Below are positions 20,964-33,400 of a stretch of DNA of 64,000 nucleotides, piece by piece (within the stretch, counting starts at the first letter, position 1; the number at the start of each line of letters is the position of its first letter). This DNA comes from Alphaproteobacteria bacterium (lineage in GTDB: Bacteria; Pseudomonadota; Alphaproteobacteria; CALKHQ01). A program made the translations under genes and the position numbers. Where the stretch lies: positions 1,472,001-1,536,000 of the forward strand of contig CBDDFZ010000001.1 of NCBI GenBank assembly GCA_965227515.1, given 5' to 3'. The notes beneath the pieces were generated by a model. That model made no database searches. It was not told the DNA's origin and saw nothing but the letters and a program-made list of their open reading frames with translations.

Positions 20964-21497
20964 ATGTCACGAGTAGGTAAGCTGCCGGTCCAGATCCCGA
21001 AGGGGGTCGAGGTGACCATCGCCGGCCAGGTGCTGGCGGCCAAGGGCAAGCTCGGCCAGCAGCAGGTGCCGTTGGGCGACGATGTCACGGTCGAGGTCGA
21101 TGACGGCAAGGTCACGGTCACGCCGCGCGGCAAGTCGAAGCGCGCGCGCGCCATGTGGGGCACCACCCGCAGCCTGATCGACAACGCGGTCACCGGGGTG
21201 TCGGAGGGTTTTACCCGCCATCTCGACATCGTCGGCGTCGGCTATCGCGCGGCGGTGCAGGGCAAGAACCTGCAGCTCCAGCTTGGCTTCAGCCACGACG
21301 TGATCATCCCGATCCCGGAGGGGCTGGACATCAAGTGCGAGACCCAGACCACGATCGCGATCACAGGCGCCGACAAGCAGCAGGTCGGCCAGACCGCGGC
21401 GGAGATCCGCGGCTGGCGCCCGCCGGAGCCCTACAAGGGCAAGGGCGTGAAGTATCGCGAAGAGACCATCCTGCGTAAGGAAGGCAAGAAGAAGTAG
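20964..21497 (+). CDS. rplF: 50S ribosomal protein L6
   Basis: [20 protein letters not shown]. Confidence 0.99.
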   Translation: MSRVGKLPVQIPKGVEVTIAGQVLAAKGKLGQQQVPLGDDVTVEVDDGKVTVTPRGKSKRARAMWGTTRSLIDNAVTGVSEGFTRHLDIVGVGYRAAVQGKNLQLQLGFSHDVIIPIPEGLDIKCETQTTIAITGADKQQVGQTAAEIRGWRPPEPYKGKGVKYREETILRKEGKKK

Positions 21498-21501
21498 CAT
21501 C

Positions 21502-21867
21502 ATGGCAACCACCAGCCGACAGCTTCAGCAGCGGCGCGCGACGCGCAACCGCTTCCGTCTCCGCAAGGCCGGCCGCGGGCGTCCGCGTCTGTCCGTGTTC
21601 CGGTCCAACAAGCACATCCACGCGCAGGTCATCGACGATGCGCACGGCGCCACGCTGGCGGCCGCTTCGTCGATCGAGGCCGACGCGCGCAGCGCGCTGT
21701 CGAAGGGCAGCGACAAGGAGGCTGCGGCCCATGTCGGCAAGCTGATCGCCGAACGGGCGACCGCGGCCGGCGTGAGCGAGGTGGTGTTCGACCGTGGCGG
21801 GTACGCATTTCACGGCCGCATCAAGGCGCTGGCGGATGCCGCGCGCGAAGGCGGACTGAAGTTCTAG
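21502..21867 (+). CDS. rplR: 50S ribosomal protein L18
   Basis: [15 protein letters not shown]. Confidence 0.98.
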   Translation: MATTSRQLQQRRATRNRFRLRKAGRGRPRLSVFRSNKHIHAQVIDDAHGATLAAASSIEADARSALSKGSDKEAAAHVGKLIAERATAAGVSEVVFDRGGYAFHGRIKALADAAREGGLKF

Positions 21868-21939
21868 GGTACGTGAGTTCATGACCGCGCGGCATTGGGC
21901 GGCCGGTCACCAAGTGGCACTGGACGAAGGCAGCAGCAT

Positions 21940-22488
21940 ATGGCCAGACCTGGAAGAGAAGAGCGCCAGGAAAGCGAGTTCGTAGAGAAGCTCGTCAGCA
22001 TCAACCGCGTCGCCAAGGTGGTGAAGGGCGGTCGGCGCTTCGGTTTTGCCGCCCTGGTGGTGGTCGGCGACGGTCGTGGCCGGGTCGGCCACGGGCACGG
22101 CAAGGCGCGCGAGGTGCCGGAGGCGATCCGCAAGGCGACGGAGTCGGCCAAGCGCAACATGGTGCGCGTGCCGCTGCGCGAGGGGCGCACCCTGCATCAT
22201 GACGTGGCCGGGCGCTTCGGCGCCGGGCGCGTGGTGCTGCGTACAGCCCCTCCGGGCACCGGCATCATCGCGGGCGGCCCGATGCGCGCGGTGTTCGAGA
22301 GCCTGGGCGTGCAGGACGTGGTCGCGAAGTCGATCGGGACCTCGAACCCGTACAACATGGTGCGCGCCACGTTTAACGGCCTGGAGCGGGTCATGTCGCC
22401 GCGCCAGGTGGCCGCCAAGCGGTCGAAGAAAACCAGCGACATCGTCGGCCGCCGCGAGTTGAAGGACGGCGCCGAGGCGCGGGAGTAG
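21940..22488 (+). CDS. rpsE: 30S ribosomal protein S5
   Basis: [16 protein letters not shown]. Confidence 0.98.
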   Translation: MARPGREERQESEFVEKLVSINRVAKVVKGGRRFGFAALVVVGDGRGRVGHGHGKAREVPEAIRKATESAKRNMVRVPLREGRTLHHDVAGRFGAGRVVLRTAPPGTGIIAGGPMRAVFESLGVQDVVAKSIGTSNPYNMVRATFNGLERVMSPRQVAAKRSKKTSDIVGRRELKDGAEARE

Positions 22489-22492
22489 CACG

Positions 22493-22711
22493 ATGAACTC
22501 ATCGCTTGAGTGGCCGGACAGCCCGCGCATCAAGGTGACCCAGGTGCGCAGCCCGATCCGCCGGCCGAAGATCCAGCGCGAGACGCTGAAGGGTCTGGGC
22601 CTGAACAAGATGCATCGCAGCCGGGTTCTGGAAAACACGCCGGCCGTGCGCGGCATGATCGCCAAGGTGCACCACCTGGTGGCGTTCGAGGCCGCGGCGG
22701 ACGACGCCTGA
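22493..22711 (+). CDS. rpmD: 50S ribosomal protein L30
   Basis: [24 protein letters not shown]. Confidence 0.95.
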   Translation: MNSSLEWPDSPRIKVTQVRSPIRRPKIQRETLKGLGLNKMHRSRVLENTPAVRGMIAKVHHLVAFEAAADDA

Positions 22712-22761
22712 GCGGCCACGCGCCGGACGAACCAAAGCCGGAAGAACGAAAGTCGTAGACG

Positions 22762-23283
22762 ATGAAACTGAACGAGATCGCCGACAACCCGGGTGCCCAC
22801 AAGCCGCGCAAGCGGGTGGGCCGTGGCATCGGGTCGGGCACCGGCAAGACCGCGGGTAAGGGCCACAAGGGCCAAAAGGCGCGCTCCGGCGTCGCCATCA
22901 AGGGCTTCGAGGGCGGCCAGATGCCGATCTATCGCCGGCTGCCGAAGCGCGGGTTCACCAACGCCAAGTTCCGCAAGCACTTCGCGGAGATCAATGTCGG
23001 CCGCCTGCAGCAGGCCGTGGACGCCGGGCGCCTGGACGCCGGCAAGCCGGTGGATGCCGCCGCTTTGATCGGGGCCGGACTGGTGCGCCGCGCGCAAGAT
23101 GGCATTCGCCTGTTGGCAAAGGGCGAGCTCAGCACCAAATTAACCATCCATGTGGCTGGAGCGTCCAAGGCGGCGGTGGCCGCTGTTGAGGGGGCCGGCG
23201 GCCAGGTTGTCATCGAGGCGGCCAAGGCGGCTGAGGCTCCCGTGGGCAACGACGCCCCGGCGGAACAGCCGGCGGCAGATTAG
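22762..23283 (+). CDS. rplO: 50S ribosomal protein L15
   Basis: [15 protein letters not shown]. Confidence 0.98.
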   Translation: MKLNEIADNPGAHKPRKRVGRGIGSGTGKTAGKGHKGQKARSGVAIKGFEGGQMPIYRRLPKRGFTNAKFRKHFAEINVGRLQQAVDAGRLDAGKPVDAAALIGAGLVRRAQDGIRLLAKGELSTKLTIHVAGASKAAVAAVEGAGGQVVIEAAKAAEAPVGNDAPAEQPAAD

Positions 23284-23317
23284 GGGCGCGGCGCGCGCCC
23301 CGAGCTAGGGGAAGCTG

Positions 23318-24663
<1,346 letters not shown>

Positions 24664-24667
<4 letters not shown>

Positions 24668-25248
24668 ACATCATACTGTTGGGCCCGCCGGGCGCGGGCA
24701 AAGGCACACAGGCTGGCCGCCTGGAGGCGGAACGCGGACTTAAGCAGCTCTCGACGGGCGACATGCTGCGCGCCGCCGTGGCATCCGGCACGCCGCTGGG
24801 CCTGAAGGCGAAAGCGATCATGGATCGCGGCGACCTGGTGCCCGATGACGTGATGGTCGCGATGATCTCCGAGCGGATCGACGCGCCGGACTGCAAGGCA
24901 GGCTTCATCCTGGACGGGTTTCCGCGCACGGTGGCGCAGGCCGAGGCGCTGGACGCCATGCTGGCCGAAAAGGGCATGAAGCTCGACCGGGTTGTCGAGC
25001 TTGTGGTCGACGAGGACCAGGTGGTCGCCCGCATCGTCGGGCGGGCCGAGGAGGCAGCGGCGGCCGGCGAGCCGGTGCGCGCCGACGACACCGAGGAGAA
25101 GGCGCGGCGGCGGTTCGAGGTCTACCGCGAGCAGACGGTGCCGATCCTGCCGTTCTATCGCGACCGCGGTGTGCTGAAGACGGTGGACGGCATGGCCGGC
25201 ATCGACGAGGTCTATGCCGGCATCGTGGAGGTGCTGGATGCAGCCTAG
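24664..25248 (+). CDS. adk: Adenylate kinase (short, LID-less type)
   Basis: [24 protein letters not shown]. Confidence 0.97.
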
Positions 25249-25280
25249 AGGGGCAACCCATCCGGCAACCAACACAGCGA

Positions 25281-25308
25281 TTGACTTCGGTGGGCGCGGG
25301 CCTATACT
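25281..25308 (+). promoter_or_regulatory. sigma70-type promoter of alpha operon
   Basis: TTGACT-16 nt-TATACT upstream of rpsM. Confidence 0.65.
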
Positions 25309-25416
25309 CCCGCGCTTCCGATCAGGCCTGCTGACGCGGCGCGTTGCTGCTGCGCGGCATATTGGCGTGACCGCCATTCGCGGCGGAATGCCATCTAGTG
25401 CAAAAGGAGAGCGATC

Positions 25417-25785
25417 GTGGCGCGTATAGCTGGCGTCAATATCCCGACCCAGAAGCGGGTCCACATTTCGCTGCGCTACATCCATGGCATCGGCCCGGCG
25501 AAGGCGAAGGAAATCTGCGACAAGGCCGGCGTTCCGGAAGACCGCCGGGTGCAGGACCTGACCGAGCAGGAAGTGATGCACATCCGCGAAACCATCGACG
25601 CGGACTACACGGTTGAGGGCGACCTGCGCCGCGAGACCTCGATGAATATCAAACGGCTGATGGACCTGGGTTGCTATCGCGGCCTCAGGCACCGCAAGGC
25701 GTTGCCGGTGCGCGGCCAGCGCACCCACACCAACGCCCGGACCCGCAAGGGCAAGGCCAAGCCGATCGCCGGCAAGAAGAAGTAA
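25417..25785 (+). CDS. rpsM: 30S ribosomal protein S13
   Basis: [20 protein letters not shown]. Confidence 0.99.
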   Translation: MARIAGVNIPTQKRVHISLRYIHGIGPAKAKEICDKAGVPEDRRVQDLTEQEVMHIRETIDADYTVEGDLRRETSMNIKRLMDLGCYRGLRHRKALPVRGQRTHTNARTRKGKAKPIAGKKK

Positions 25786-25838
25786 GGCCCCAGGCCGTCA
25801 GGTGCGCTGCCCCTCGGGCAGCGGAGTGGAGACCAGTT

Positions 25839-26231
25839 ATGGCAAAACCTACTGCGGCCCGTGTGCGGCGTCGCGAGCGCAAGAACATTACGTCCGGCGT
25901 GGCGCACGTCAGCGCGACGTTCAACAATACCAAGATCACCATTACCGACGCCCAGGGGAACGCCATTTCCTGGTCGACCTCGGGCAGCCAGGGTTTCCGT
26001 GGCTCGCGCAAGTCGACGCCCTATGCCGCGCAGATCGCGGCCGAGGACGCCGGCCGCAAGGCGCAGGAACACGGCATGAAGACGCTGGAAGTCGAGGTCA
26101 AGGGCCCCGGCTCCGGCCGTGAATCGGCCCTGCGCGCGCTGCAGGCGGTGGGCTTCACCATCACGTCGATCCGTGATGTGACGCCGATCCCGCACAACGG
26201 ATGCCGGGCGCGCAAGCGCCGCCGCGTCTGA
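25839..26231 (+). CDS. rpsK: 30S ribosomal protein S11
   Basis: [20 protein letters not shown]. Confidence 0.99.
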   Translation: MAKPTAARVRRRERKNITSGVAHVSATFNNTKITITDAQGNAISWSTSGSQGFRGSRKSTPYAAQIAAEDAGRKAQEHGMKTLEVEVKGPGSGRESALRALQAVGFTITSIRDVTPIPHNGCRARKRRRV

Positions 26232-26359
26232 CACCACTGCCCGCGCGGCATCGGACCTCGAGGCCGGTGCTGTCGCCGCCTGCAGGACGCAGGTATGCGA
26301 AATGACGGACGACGCGCCCCCCGCCGGGCGCGCCCGTCGCAAAATGTGAGGTTTCATCC

Positions 26360-27376
26360 GTGATCCAGAAAAATTGGACCGATCTGATCAAGCCGAACCG
26401 GTTGAGCATCGAGCCCAAGGGCGACGGCAAGCACATCGCCGAGATCGAGGCCGAGCCGCTGGAGCGCGGTTTCGGCATGACGCTGGGCAATGCGCTGCGG
26501 CGCATCCTGCTGTCGTCGCTGCAGGGTGCCGCGGTGACTTCGGTGAAGATCGACGGCGTGCTGCATGAGTTCTCGTCCATCCCCGGCGTGCGCGAGGACG
26601 TGACCGACATTGTGCTCAACATCAAGTCGATGGCGCTCAGGATGCATGGCGAGGGGCCGAAGCGGATGACGCTGATCGCCTCCGGCCCCGGCGAGATCAC
26701 CGCCGGCGATATCCATACCGGCCACGACATCGATATCCTGGACCCGAGCCATCACCTGATGACCCTGGACGACAACGCCAAGGTGTCGATGGAGCTGACG
26801 GTGGAGACCGGCAAGGGCTATGTGCCGGCGTCGCAGAACCGCTCGGCCGACGCGCCGATCGGCGTGATCCCGGTCGATGCGCTGTTCAGCCCGATCCGCC
26901 AGGTCGCCTACCGTGTCGAGAACGCCCGTGTCGGCCAGGTCACCGACTACGACAAGCTGACCATGCGGTTGGAGACCAACGGCGCCGTGACGCCGGAGGA
27001 CGCGGTGGCGCTGGCCGCGCGCATCCTGCAGGACCAGTTGCAGACCTTCATCAATTTCGAGGAGCCGCGCTCCGAGGCGCAGCCCGCCGAGACCGAGGAG
27101 ATTCCGTTCAATCGCAATCTCCTGCGCAAGGTGGACGAGCTGGAGCTTTCGGTGCGCTCGGCCAACTGCCTGAAGAACGACAACATCATCTACATCGGCG
27201 ACCTGGTGCAGAAGACCGAGGCGGAAATGCTGCGCACGCCGAACTTCGGCCGCAAGTCGCTGAACGAGATCAAGGAGGTGTTGTCCACCATGGGCCTGAC
27301 CCTTGGCATGGAAATCGCCAACTGGCCGCCGGAAAACATCGAGGACTTGGCGAAACGGCTGGAAGAGCCGTTCTAG
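26360..27376 (+). CDS. rpoA: RNA polymerase alpha subunit
   Basis: [27 protein letters not shown]. Confidence 0.99.
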   Translation: MIQKNWTDLIKPNRLSIEPKGDGKHIAEIEAEPLERGFGMTLGNALRRILLSSLQGAAVTSVKIDGVLHEFSSIPGVREDVTDIVLNIKSMALRMHGEGPKRMTLIASGPGEITAGDIHTGHDIDILDPSHHLMTLDDNAKVSMELTVETGKGYVPASQNRSADAPIGVIPVDALFSPIRQVAYRVENARVGQVTDYDKLTMRLETNGAVTPEDAVALAARILQDQLQTFINFEEPRSEAQPAETEEIPFNRNLLRKVDELELSVRSANCLKNDNIIYIGDLVQKTEAEMLRTPNFGRKSLNEIKEVLSTMGLTLGMEIANWPPENIEDLAKRLEEPF

Positions 27377-27475
27377 AGTCTATAGGAAAGCTGCGCCCGT
27401 ATGGTCCCTAGGTAGGGTCGAAGCGGGTGCCGTCTCCGCGCCAGCGGGGCAAGAAATGAAGACGGGAGAAGACTG

Positions 27476-27898
27476 ATGCGGCATCGCATGGGGCTGCGCA
27501 AACTGAACCGGACCAGCACGCATCGCAAGGCGATGTTTGCGAACATGGCCGCGGCGCTGATCAAGCACGAGCAGATCACCACGACGCTGCCGAAGGCGAA
27601 GGAACTGCGCCGGGTCGCCGACCGTCTGGTCACGCTCGGCAAGCATGGCGGCCTGCACAATCGCCGTCGCGCGATCTCCGTCCTTGGCGACCGCAAGCTG
27701 GCCGACAAGCTGTTCACCACGCTGGCCGAGCGCTATCGGGAGCGCAATGGCGGCTACACCCGGGTGATGCGTGCCGGCTTCCGCTATGGCGACAACGCGC
27801 CGATCGCGGTGATCGAGCTGGTTGATCGCGACGAGGAGGCCAAGGGCCAGGACTCCGGTCCGCCGCAGAACGTCGTCGACGAAGACGACGAGGACTAG
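27476..27898 (+). CDS. rplQ: 50S ribosomal protein L17
   Basis: [17 protein letters not shown]. Confidence 0.99.
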   Translation: MRHRMGLRKLNRTSTHRKAMFANMAAALIKHEQITTTLPKAKELRRVADRLVTLGKHGGLHNRRRAISVLGDRKLADKLFTTLAERYRERNGGYTRVMRAGFRYGDNAPIAVIELVDRDEEAKGQDSGPPQNVVDEDDED

Positions 27899-27940
27899 CT
27901 CGTTTTTCGCTCCCTAACTGCCTAGTTCTCTCACTCACCC

Positions 27941-28050
27941 TCGTCATGCGCGGACTTGATCCGCGCATCCACGCAGCTAATGACAGTCATCGGCGCGGCC
28001 TCGTACAGCAAGGAAGACGTGGATGCCCGCAACAAGTGCGGGCATGACGA
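27941..28050. repeat. Palindromic REP-like element, family A (GTCAT...ATGAC) copy 1
   Basis: GTCATGCGCGGACTTGATCCGCGCATCCACG...CGTGGATGCCCGCAACAAGTGCGGGCATGAC; related copies at 50598, 56296, 57100. Confidence 0.9.
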
Positions 28051-28118
28051 CTGTTATTTAGGCCGGGAGGACCGGTCTATGCGCCTGGCCGCCGTGGCTT
28101 GAATCGGATGCTGACACC

Positions 28119-28150
28119 AAAACGCCCCCTGCCTTGGCCGGGGGCGTTTT
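28119..28150 (+). terminator. Bidirectional-type intrinsic terminator after rplQ
   Basis: AAAACGCCCCC-loop-GGGGGCGTTTT. Confidence 0.75.
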
Positions 28151-28325
28151 CATTGGTGCCGTGCTAGGACGCGCATGACCTGATGCGCGCGGTGCGCACC
28201 CATGGCGTGCAAGGCCAAGGGCCATGCGGCCTCCTGCCCGCCTGCGCTGCCGCTACAATGACCGCAGCGGCGGCAAAATGAGATACAAGGGCCAGTGCCG
28301 ACTGGGATGAATATGCACTAGCGCC

Positions 28326-30392
28326 ATGAAGTTCCGCATCGCCGATACGTTTACCAGCAGCCTCGCGCGCCTCAATGCCAAGGAACAGAAGGCGGCGAAG
28401 ACAACGGCCTTCGACCTGCAGGTGAACCCCAGCCACCCGTCGATGAAAATGCATCGGCTGGGGCAGCGCCGCGACCCGAATTTCTGGTCCATCTGGGTCA
28501 GCGCGGACATCAGAATGATCATCCACCGCACCGCCGACAGCTTGTTGCTGTGCTACGTCGACCACCACGACGAGGCCTATCGCTGGGCCGACCGGCGGCG
28601 CATCGAACGCCATCCGAAGACAGGCGCGGCGCAACTCGTCGAAATCCGCGAGCGGGTCGAGGAGGTCTGGGTACCGGAGCAGCCGGTGGAGGAGGCGCCG
28701 CCACCGGCGATACCGCCCGATGTGGACGACGATACCCTGCTGCGCTACGGCGTGCCGGTCGACTGGTTGGCGGATGTGCGGGCGGCGAGCGAAGACGGCC
28801 TGTTGGATCTGATCGACCACCTGCCGCCTGAAGCGGCGGACGCGCTGCTCGAACTGGCAGCGGGCGGCACACCGAATGAGCCGCGGGCATCGGGAGAGGA
28901 TGCCGACCCATTCGCGCATCCGGACGCGCAGCGTCGTTTCCGTGTCATGGCCGATGTGGAGGCGCTACAGCAGGCGCTGGAATTTCCCTGGGAACGTTGG
29001 ATCGTGTTCTTGCACCCCATGCAGCGCGATCTGGTGGAGCGCGACTACAACGGCCCCGCCCAGATCACCGGGTCGGCAGGCACCGGCAAGACCGTCGTCG
29101 CATTGCACCGCGCGGTCCACCTGGCACGCCGCGCGCCGGGGTCACGCGTTCTGCTGACGACGTTTTGGCCCATGCTGGCGCGCGACCTGAACACCCGACT
29201 CGACCAACTAGCGGGCGCCGAGCCGGAGCTGCGCGGCCGGGTCTCGGCGAAGGCGCTGCCGACACTGGCGCGCGATATGTATGCCGACATTTTCGGCACG
29301 CCGCAGGTGGCGTCGACGTCGCTCGTCCTCGACCTGATGCGTGACCTTGCCGCCGCGTCGGATGGGCCGCAGGTCAATCTGGCCCTGCTGATGGACGAAT
29401 GGCATGGCACGGTCGACGCCTTTCAGCTCAAGACGTGGCGCGACTATCGCGACTTCAACGGCCCGATCGTCAGCAGCCGCATCAGCCCGAAGCGCCGCAA
29501 GCGCCTGTGGTCGGTCTATGCCCAATTATGGGAGGAGCTGGACCGACGGAACCTGATCACCACGGTCGGGATCCTGGCGCGCCTGACCGCGTTCTACACA
29601 GCGGCGGATGCGCCGGCGTCGCCATACGACTACATCGTCGTCGACGAAGCGCAGGACATCGACGTGGCGCGGCTCCGCTTTCTGGCGGCGATCGGCCGCT
29701 CCCATCCTGACAGCCTCTTCTTCGTCGGCGACAACGGCCAGCGCATCTTCCGGCGCCCTTTCTCGTGGACCGCCCTGGGCATCGATGTCAGTGGGCGCAC
29801 CCACCGCCTCTCCATCAACTACCGCACGTCCCACCAGATCCATCGGGTCGCGGAACGTCTCCTGCAAAGAGCGGCGTCCGATCCGGATGGTGCCGATCAT
29901 CCATGCGGGGAGACGGTCTCCGCATTCAACGGCCCGGCACCTATCGTCAGGCTGTGCGACGACGCCGAGGCGGAGATCGCCTGCGTCGCGGACTGGTTGC
30001 GCACGGTTCGCGCCTACGCCGCGCCATCGGAGACGGCCGTGTTCGTGCGCACCAACGACCTGGTCGAACGCGCGCGGCTCGCCATTCGCCAGGCCGGGTT
30101 GGACGCGGCGCTGTTGACCAACAAGGCCGGACCGCCGCAAGACGCGGTCACGGTCGGCGCGATGCACCTGGCCAAGGGCATGGAATACCGTGCTGTGGCG
30201 GTCATGGCTTGCGACGCCGATATCCTTCCCCTGCGCGACCGCATCGAGACCATCGACGATCCCGATCAGATCGAGGACATCTACGCCACCGAGCGAAACG
30301 TCCTGTACGTCGCGTGCACGCGGGCGCGCGAGCATTTGCTGGTGACAGGCGTCGCGCCGGGTTCGGAGTTCCTGTCCGGTCTGGTTGGCTGA
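28326..30392 (+). CDS. UvrD/Rep-like SF1 helicase with N-terminal RelE/ParE-like domain
   Basis: Walker A GSAGTGKT, Walker B VVDEAQD, GDNGQRIF, NYRT, HLAKGMEY, LYVACTRAR; first ~90 aa resemble RelE/ParE fold (inference). Confidence 0.85.
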   Translation: MKFRIADTFTSSLARLNAKEQKAAKTTAFDLQVNPSHPSMKMHRLGQRRDPNFWSIWVSADIRMIIHRTADSLLLCYVDHHDEAYRWADRRRIERHPKTGAAQLVEIRERVEEVWVPEQPVEEAPPPAIPPDVDDDTLLRYGVPVDWLADVRAASEDGLLDLIDHLPPEAADALLELAAGGTPNEPRASGEDADPFAHPDAQRRFRVMADVEALQQALEFPWERWIVFLHPMQRDLVERDYNGPAQITGSAGTGKTVVALHRAVHLARRAPGSRVLLTTFWPMLARDLNTRLDQLAGAEPELRGRVSAKALPTLARDMYADIFGTPQVASTSLVLDLMRDLAAASDGPQVNLALLMDEWHGTVDAFQLKTWRDYRDFNGPIVSSRISPKRRKRLWSVYAQLWEELDRRNLITTVGILARLTAFYTAADAPASPYDYIVVDEAQDIDVARLRFLAAIGRSHPDSLFFVGDNGQRIFRRPFSWTALGIDVSGRTHRLSINYRTSHQIHRVAERLLQRAASDPDGADHPCGETVSAFNGPAPIVRLCDDAEAEIACVADWLRTVRAYAAPSETAVFVRTNDLVERARLAIRQAGLDAALLTNKAGPPQDAVTVGAMHLAKGMEYRAVAVMACDADILPLRDRIETIDDPDQIEDIYATERNVLYVACTRAREHLLVTGVAPGSEFLSGLVG

Positions 30393-30411
30393 TTCTTAAG
30401 CCAATACGCGA

Positions 30412-30443
30412 CCGGGGCCGCCCACACGGATGGACGGCCCCGG
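30412..30443. terminator. Hairpin between convergent helicase and protease genes
   Basis: CCGGGGCCG...CGGCCCCGG; no clear U tract. Confidence 0.4.
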
Positions 30444-30478
30444 CATTGACTCAGAAGCTCTGCGTCTGACGCCTGCGG

Positions 30479-33400
30479 TCAGACGTCGAACTGGTAGCCC
30501 GCCGATACCTCGCCGTCGCCACGGATCTGGCTGACCAGGATGCGGCCGCGCGGCCGGTCGGACGTATTCGGCGACGTGGTGCCGACCAGCACCGGCTGCC
30601 ACTCGCCGCGCGCCAGCCTGTAGGGCAGGGCGATGGCGCCGACGCCGTGGTCGATGCGGATCGCCGGCCGGCCGTCGACCTGCACCACGTCCAGCGCGTC
30701 GGCGGCATTGCCCCGGCCCGTCACGGCGCACAGCTTGCGCAGCTTCGTGCCCCTGGGCGCATCGATCACCAGCACGTCGTCGTCGCAGCACCTGACCGCC
30801 AGACGTGCCCGCGATAACAGCATGATGTCGCATGAGCCGTGCTTGCCGAAATCGATGTCGTCCGGGTCGGGCCCAGTTTCGGGCTTCGATCCCGGCTTCG
30901 GGCGGTCGACGCCGAGCGGATCGACGGTGTGAATGCCGTCGCCCTTCCGCACCAGGTCGACCCAGTGCTTCAGCACCGCCTTGTCGAGCACGCTGACCAG
31001 CGCGCCGACGTCGGCGGGCAGGGCCGTGCGGTCGATCACCACCATGTCGACGCCGGAAACGTCGCGGGTGCCGGCCACCACCGCGCTCATCAGCCCCGAG
31101 CTGCCGCCCATCGCCGGATAGTCGATGGAGATGTTGCGGTGGGCGATGTTGTTGTCGCCCTTCACCGGATAGGCAAGCCCGGTCACGATCGCCGGCCCGT
31201 CATGCGGTGCCGCCTCGGCCAGCAGGCAGGGGTGCCAGTTCACTGTCGACCCGCCGACGGTGACGGTCTGCGGCGGCACCAGGTCCTCGTCCCAGGTCAT
31301 CTTGACGATGGTGTCGGCACCGGGGGCGAGGTTGCTGACGGTCGCCTCGCCGATCAGGTAGGTGCCCGGCTGCAGCGGCAGGCTGGGCGCGCCGCCGAAC
31401 TGCGGTGTCGGCTGCCAGTCGTCCGGATACTGGAACTCGATCCCCGGGAAGTGGGTGATCAGCGCCCGCAGGAAGATGGTGGAGGCGGCCGCCGTGCCGT
31501 TGTTGCGCACCCGCATGAAGACGTAGTTGTCCTGGCCGAACTGCGGGTTCTCGTGCGGCGGTGCCGCGCCGTAGGCCAGGGCCGGGATCGGGTCGTCGGT
31601 CTTGCGGGTCCAGATGTCCGGGCTGGAGGCATGCCAGCCGGCGGACGGCACGGCGCCATTGTCGCCCAGATTGTCGCGGACCACGGCATCGGTGCGGTTG
31701 GTCAGCCCGATGGTCGCGGTCACCGCGGCATCCACGTCCAGGCGGCCATAGCCATACCACTGGCTGAAGTCGACCACCGTGTCGCCATCCAGGTCGATCC
31801 ACTGGCCGGTCGCGAAGGCCTGGCCGATGTCGATCTGCACCGCGGTGGCGCGCAGGATGTCGCGCACCTCGATCCAGTTGAGGTCCGGCTGGACCGAGAG
31901 CATCAGGGCCGCCGCGCCCGCCACCGTCGGGCAGGAATGGCTGGTGCCGCCGAAGCCGATGGCCGCGTTCATCGCATAGTCGGCCGGGCCGGTCGCGACC
32001 GAGGTGCCGGCGCCGTGGGCGTTGACGATGGCGGTGACGGTGAGCTGGCCGGCGGCAACCGCGGTCACGGCGGTGGTCTCCGCATTGGCTGTGCCGGGCG
32101 CGGCCAGCAGCACGACGTCCCCGACGGCGAAGCCGGCGGTGCTCGCCACCGACAGCACGGTGTCGCCCGCACTGGCGGCCGCGTTGAGCGTGGTCGTGGT
32201 CACCGCATTGCCCGGCCAGTCGCCCAGCCCGGTGCGCGCCGGGGCCATGATCGGGTCGACAACGCCGGCGCCCGGCAGGCCGGGCCCGTAGCAGGTATGG
32301 CTCGGCGAGACGATGTCGACGGTCATGCCGTAGGGGCTGATGTACGACCGGTTGTCGACCACGGCGGGCAAGTTGTTGGAGTTGCCCTGATGGTCGGCCT
32401 GCAGGCTGTTCACCGGGTTGGTCGGGCTGGCATTGATCGACGCCCCGATCGCCAGCGTCTTCTGGTCGAACGCATACGGGTTGAAGGTGTCGAGCAGCGT
32501 GTAGCCATAGTTGCCGGTGGCGAACACCATGATCACGCCGCGGCCGTCGCGCGGATAGGTGGTCAAGAAGTCGAACGCGTCCCGCAACGTCTGGGTCGTC
32601 GCGTTCGGGAAGCCCGGTCCCCAGGAATTGGAGATGATGTCGGCGCCCTGGGTGAGCTGGGCCGGGAAGCCGGGCAGCGTCGAGCTGGTCGGGAAACCGG
32701 CCATCCACACCCAGATGTCCGCGATTTGCAGTTGGGTAGAGAAGGGGGAGAACCCGCCGCCGATCAGCTTGCAATTCGGCGCGACACCGCAATTGCCACC
32801 CGTGTTGTCGAAGCGGCCAGTGGCCGATCCTGCGCATTGTGTGCCGTGATCGCCACCGCAGTTCGCCAGCGTCTGGTTGGTCATGGTGACGAAGTCGAAA
32901 TTGGCGAACTGCTTGGCCGTACCATCGGACAGTGCCCCGGTCAGGTCGGCATGTGTCGGGTCGACGCCGTCGAGGTCCAGCACCGCCACCACGATGTCGG
33001 GGCTGCCGCCGCGGTTGACCGTGGTGGAGGTCTCGATCGTCTCCCAGGCATCGTCGGCGTTCACCAGCGGCAGGTGCGGGGTCTCGGCATAGAGGTAGTC
33101 GCCCGGGGTGTAGGCGAAGTTCTGCAGTCGCTGGGCGACATTCGGCTCGGCGAAGTCGACAATCGGGTCCTTGTTCAGGTCGGCCACCAGATCCAGCATG
33201 TCGAGTGACGGCCCGCCGTCGCGGCGGAACAGGAAGCCATTGCCCATCCAGGCGATGGCGCGCAACTGCTCCAGGCCGTGGCGCTTGGCCAGCCGCGCGA
33301 TCTCTTCCGGCGTTGCCTCGGGCTTGAACTTGATGACGATCTCGTCGGTCAGCCCGAAGGAGACGTCGTCGCCGACATAGCCCGGCACGGCGACCCGCGC

